A DNA stretch of 62,614 nt from Mycoplasmatota bacterium. Lineage in GTDB: Bacteria > Bacillota_I > Bacilli_A > MAG-NZ. Where the stretch lies: positions 1,054,001 through 1,116,614 of the forward strand of contig CP074575.1 in the NCBI GenBank assembly GCA_018394315.1, in the 5' to 3' direction. This document shows, in pieces, positions 59,554 to 62,614 of the stretch; within the stretch, counting starts at the first letter, position 1; every line of letters begins with the position of its first letter. The notes under the pieces were generated by a model. The model saw only the letters and a list, made by a program, of their open reading frames with translations, was not told where the DNA came from and made no database searches. Position numbers and translations under genes: made by a program.

Positions 59554-60162
59554 ATGAATAAAGTTAAGAAATCTTTCATAACAGGAATAGGGGCACTCCT
59601 TCCTATAGGAATAACACTATATATTGTAGTTAAATTATTTAAAGCTGTAGATGATTTTCTTCAAGGTTGGATTGAATCACTTTTTGGTTTTAAATTAGTT
59701 GGGTTAGGATTTGTTGTTGTTGTTATTACAATCGTATTAATAGGAGCTTTTACAAACACTTATCTTGCAAGGAAGATATCAAGTGTTGTTAATGGTATAT
59801 TCAATAGAATTCCAATTATAAAGTCGATTTATTTTCCTTTGAAGGAAATGGTTTCACTATCAAATCCAAATGAAACCAATTTCCAAAAAGTCGTCTTGGT
59901 CGAATTTCCAAATAAGGGGATTCAAAGTATTGGTTTTATTACTAAGCAGGAATTAAAAATAAATAATCAAGACAAGATCTCCGTTTTCATTCCAACCACA
60001 CCTAATCCTACTAATGGATTTCTAGTTTATGTAAATGCGGATGCGGTAGAGATTTTGGATATGACAATTGAAGAAGGTATAAAAGCAGTAATATCTATTG
60101 GTTCGTTGACTCCAAATAATCTTTACTTGAAAGATAAGATTAATAAAAAAGAAGAAATATGA
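59554..60162 (+). CDS. DUF502 membrane protein
   Basis: RIPIIKSIY, VVLVEFP, VFIPTTPNPTNGFL. Confidence 0.9.
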   Translation: MNKVKKSFITGIGALLPIGITLYIVVKLFKAVDDFLQGWIESLFGFKLVGLGFVVVVITIVLIGAFTNTYLARKISSVVNGIFNRIPIIKSIYFPLKEMVSLSNPNETNFQKVVLVEFPNKGIQSIGFITKQELKINNQDKISVFIPTTPNPTNGFLVYVNADAVEILDMTIEEGIKAVISIGSLTPNNLYLKDKINKKEEI

Positions 60163-60267
60163 TATTGTAAATGGACAAACAGAATGCCATTAATTACTGA
60201 TGACTCAGTATGTAATGGCATTTTCTATGATTTTTAATTTTATTGTAGATCTTAAATAACTAACAGT

Positions 60268-61131
60268 TTACTTCTTCAATTCATGTTGAATTAAGTTCCC
60301 TTTGTAGTTTAAGTAACCTGCAACAATAATTGTGATTCCACCAACAATACTACCTAGTGTTGGTATTTCCTTGAAGAATAGAATACCAAATAATAAGGAA
60401 ATTACGATTTGACCGAACGAGTAAATAGAAATCTTTGAAGCTTCTTCATATTTATAGGCTAATGATAAGCAGGTTTGTCCTAGTGTAATAAAAATTCCCA
60501 TAGATAGTAATAGTAGATATTGTGATAATTTAATTGGCATTACAAAACCTTCTATAAGCATAAATGGAAGCGAAGCAATTGATGATATCAATGTGAAGTA
60601 AAATACTATTGTAGACGCTGAGTCATAGTCTCTAAGTTTTCTTACGATTGTGTATGCTAGTCCTGCGGTTGCCCCACCTGCTACGCCAACTAGTGCAGGA
60701 ATTATCGTGAAGCTAAATGATGGGTTAATAACAAATACTGAACCAACAACAGCTATTATGATAGCTAGTATATGTATCTTATTAACTCTCTCCCTTAACC
60801 ACAGTACTGAAAAGAAAGTGACAAAGAAAGGAGAAGTCTTGTTTAGTAGTGTTGCATCATTTAATTGTAATTTATCAATAGAATAAAAGTAAAAAAGTGT
60901 TGATAAAAACCCGAGAATTCCTCTAAGAGATAGAAGTGGTAACTTTTTACTTTTGAATGATTCGCCTGTATATTTGACCTGTATTGACACAAATATTAAA
61001 GCGACTATGTTCATAAAGAATATACGCTCAAATGTTGGTATTGCAACTAACATTTTATTTGAAATAGTATTTAATCCAAAAAATAAAACAGACAGCAGAA
61101 TAAAGATTATTCCTTTTACATGATTACTCAT
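60268..61131 (-). CDS. EamA/DMT-family transporter
   Basis: Ten TM helices with two EamA repeats (LRG..G, TSPFF, L.E). Confidence 0.9.
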   Translation of the reverse strand: MSNHVKGIIFILLSVLFFGLNTISNKMLVAIPTFERIFFMNIVALIFVSIQVKYTGESFKSKKLPLLSLRGILGFLSTLFYFYSIDKLQLNDATLLNKTSPFFVTFFSVLWLRERVNKIHILAIIIAVVGSVFVINPSFSFTIIPALVGVAGGATAGLAYTIVRKLRDYDSASTIVFYFTLISSIASLPFMLIEGFVMPIKLSQYLLLLSMGIFITLGQTCLSLAYKYEEASKISIYSFGQIVISLLFGILFFKEIPTLGSIVGGITIIVAGYLNYKGNLIQHELKK

Positions 61132-61132
61132 A

Positions 61133-62164
61133 TTATTTAATCACCAGTTTACTAAGGGAAGCTTGATATGAAACAGGCCACTCAACTTTTACTCCTAGAG
61201 CCTGTTGAGCCTTATAAACCCAAAATGGATTATCCAAAAGACCTCTTCCAATAAATACAAAATCTGCTCTATTATTTCTTATAAGTTCGTCAGCTATATG
61301 AGGATTATATATCAGTCCCCCTGTTATTGTTTGATAAGGTGTTAACTCTTTGATTATCTCGGAAGCTTTTGTTTGATATCCAGGATATGGTTCGTAAGTA
61401 TTTGTTAGAATTCCTCCTGTACTAACGTTGATTAAATCTACTCTTTTCGGCGTAACTAGATTAACAACTTCAGCCATATCGTATGCGTTTTGCCCACCTT
61501 CTAAATATTCTTCAGCAGAAATGCGTAGTATAATTGATTTTTCATCAGGCCATACACCCTCTAGAGCATTTAGAATTTCATTTACGATTCTAATACGATT
61601 TTCTTTTGATCCTCCATACTCATCTGTTCTTTTATTTGTAAGAGGTGAAATAAATTGATTAAGCAAGTATCCGTGTGCTGCGTGTAATTCTATCATATCA
61701 AATCCAGCCTCGTCTGCTCTTTTAACACTCTCAACAAATTGGTTAATCACTGTCTGAATATCATCTTTTGTCATTACTTTTGGTTTAAGATATCTATCTT
61801 CTTGTATATCACTAGGACTTATTGGTTCTTCACCTGATGTACATCTACGTCCCGCATGCCCTAACTGTATAGCGACTTTACTCCCGTACTCATGACAACG
61901 ATCTACCATTTTTTTTAGCTTTGGAATCTGGGAGTCAGACCATATACCTAAGTCACCCATTTTTATTCTACCATTAGGAGCTACTGCAGTTGCTTCTACT
62001 ATAATTAAACCAACCCCCCCTAATGCTCTAGCAACATAGTGGTCGTGATGAAAATTTGTTACCTCTCCAGTCTCATCTCCGCAAAACATACACATCGGTG
62101 GGAGTACCACTCTATTTTTGATTTCAATAGATCCAATTTTTCCTTTTGTAAATAGATTTGTCAT
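61133..62164 (-). CDS. NADH:flavin oxidoreductase, old yellow enzyme (YqjM/NamA-like)
   Basis: KNRVVLPPMC, IIVEATAV, IQLGHAGR, ELHAAHGYLLNQFISPLTNKRTDEYGGS.ENR. Confidence 0.93.
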   Translation of the reverse strand: MTNLFTKGKIGSIEIKNRVVLPPMCMFCGDETGEVTNFHHDHYVARALGGVGLIIVEATAVAPNGRIKMGDLGIWSDSQIPKLKKMVDRCHEYGSKVAIQLGHAGRRCTSGEEPISPSDIQEDRYLKPKVMTKDDIQTVINQFVESVKRADEAGFDMIELHAAHGYLLNQFISPLTNKRTDEYGGSKENRIRIVNEILNALEGVWPDEKSIILRISAEEYLEGGQNAYDMAEVVNLVTPKRVDLINVSTGGILTNTYEPYPGYQTKASEIIKELTPYQTITGGLIYNPHIADELIRNNRADFVFIGRGLLDNPFWVYKAQQALGVKVEWPVSYQASLSKLVIK

Positions 62165-62493
62165 AATTTCTCCTTCTTGTACTTGGGTTGATTTAGGTAG
62201 CCCATAAACCTTATTTTTTTATAATTTTATACACCATAATTGGCATTTTTTGAACTAGGCTATATTAAAAATAACCGAAGAATAAAAAAATGTATTTCTT
62301 TTTAATGGTTAAATTATCTTTTGCTAATAGAAAAGATATATCAATATTGTATAGAAGAAGTTTTACAAAATCAATGAAATTACAACCAAAAATGCGAAAA
62401 TTTTCTCAAAAAAGCGCTTTTATTAAAAAAAATTATTGAAAAATATGTCGAAACTATGGTAATATGTTAGAAATATAAAAGGAGGATTTTGGA

Positions 62494-62614
62494 ATGAAAA
62501 AGCTATTTATGTTGTTATTAACGCTAGCTGTAACATTGACATTAGCTAGTTGTGGCGAAAAAGAAGCTGAAAAAGAAACAGGAAAATTAGAAACAGAAGT
62601 AGAAACTGAAAGTA
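62494..62614 (+). CDS. Lipoprotein, 5' part (runs off the window)
   Basis: SD AAAGGAGG; MKKLFMLLLTLAVTLTLASC lipobox. Confidence 0.8.
   Translation, partial: MKKLFMLLLTLAVTLTLASCGEKEAEKETGKLETEVETES

Noticed and set aside
1645..61658. Numerous antisense or overlapping ORFs in the track (e.g. 12991-13437, 28081-28614, 51022-51492)
   Set aside because: They lie opposite well-supported genes and lack SD sequences or motifs.
62410..62421. LacI/CcpA-like operator AAAAGCGCTTTT
   Set aside because: A short palindrome lacking the TG/CA ends of cre; cannot be distinguished from chance.
1..62614. Genetic code 4 (TGA=Trp)
   Set aside because: TGA ends several genes with coupled downstream starts (292, 3766, 13043, 50225). 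Two in-frame TGAs in relics fall where Arg is expected, consistent with mutation.

Overview
AT-rich, standard-code bacterial DNA. Lipoproteins, SD motifs and sigma-K-like promoters suggest a Bacillota or Bacilli/Mollicutes-related lineage (inference only). Almost the whole window is accessory DNA. (1) 1-~4 kb is the end of a translationally coupled membrane-protein operon with a Zot/pI-like ATPase, which looks like an inovirus-type module. (2) 5-21 kb is a defence-island-like block: a PD-(D/E)xK protein, a frameshifted YafO-like gene, IS6, an amino-MTase + MORC/GHKL-histidine-kinase + receiver operon, a HEPN-NB-ARC-TPR-cold-shock NLR-like protein, IS3, and DUF2075 + MazG-like genes. (3) Five co-oriented relics of the tmRNA 3' end (17519, 21231, 24161, 32891, 56861) punctuate the window. 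Four share an upstream arm, three share a downstream block plus hairpin, and one abuts a dead tyrosine integrase, suggesting a tandem array of islands accreted at ssrA. (4) Cargo includes a sigma-K-promoter cassette (Cys-rich peptide, double YheC/D ATP-grasp, YVTN protein), a truncated large serine recombinase, a secreted peptide + ABC exporter, TetR/MATE, a 1599-aa adhesin-like lipoprotein with an AAA-LuxR regulator, attenuator-controlled hflX, an ICMT-like/GH3/7TM-GGDEF-HD-GYP operon, MerR and an APH-like kinase. A 5'-truncated phosphomannose isomerase at 58983 probably marks the return to core genes (DUF502, EamA, old yellow enzyme). All calls come from motif reading; no database searches were run.
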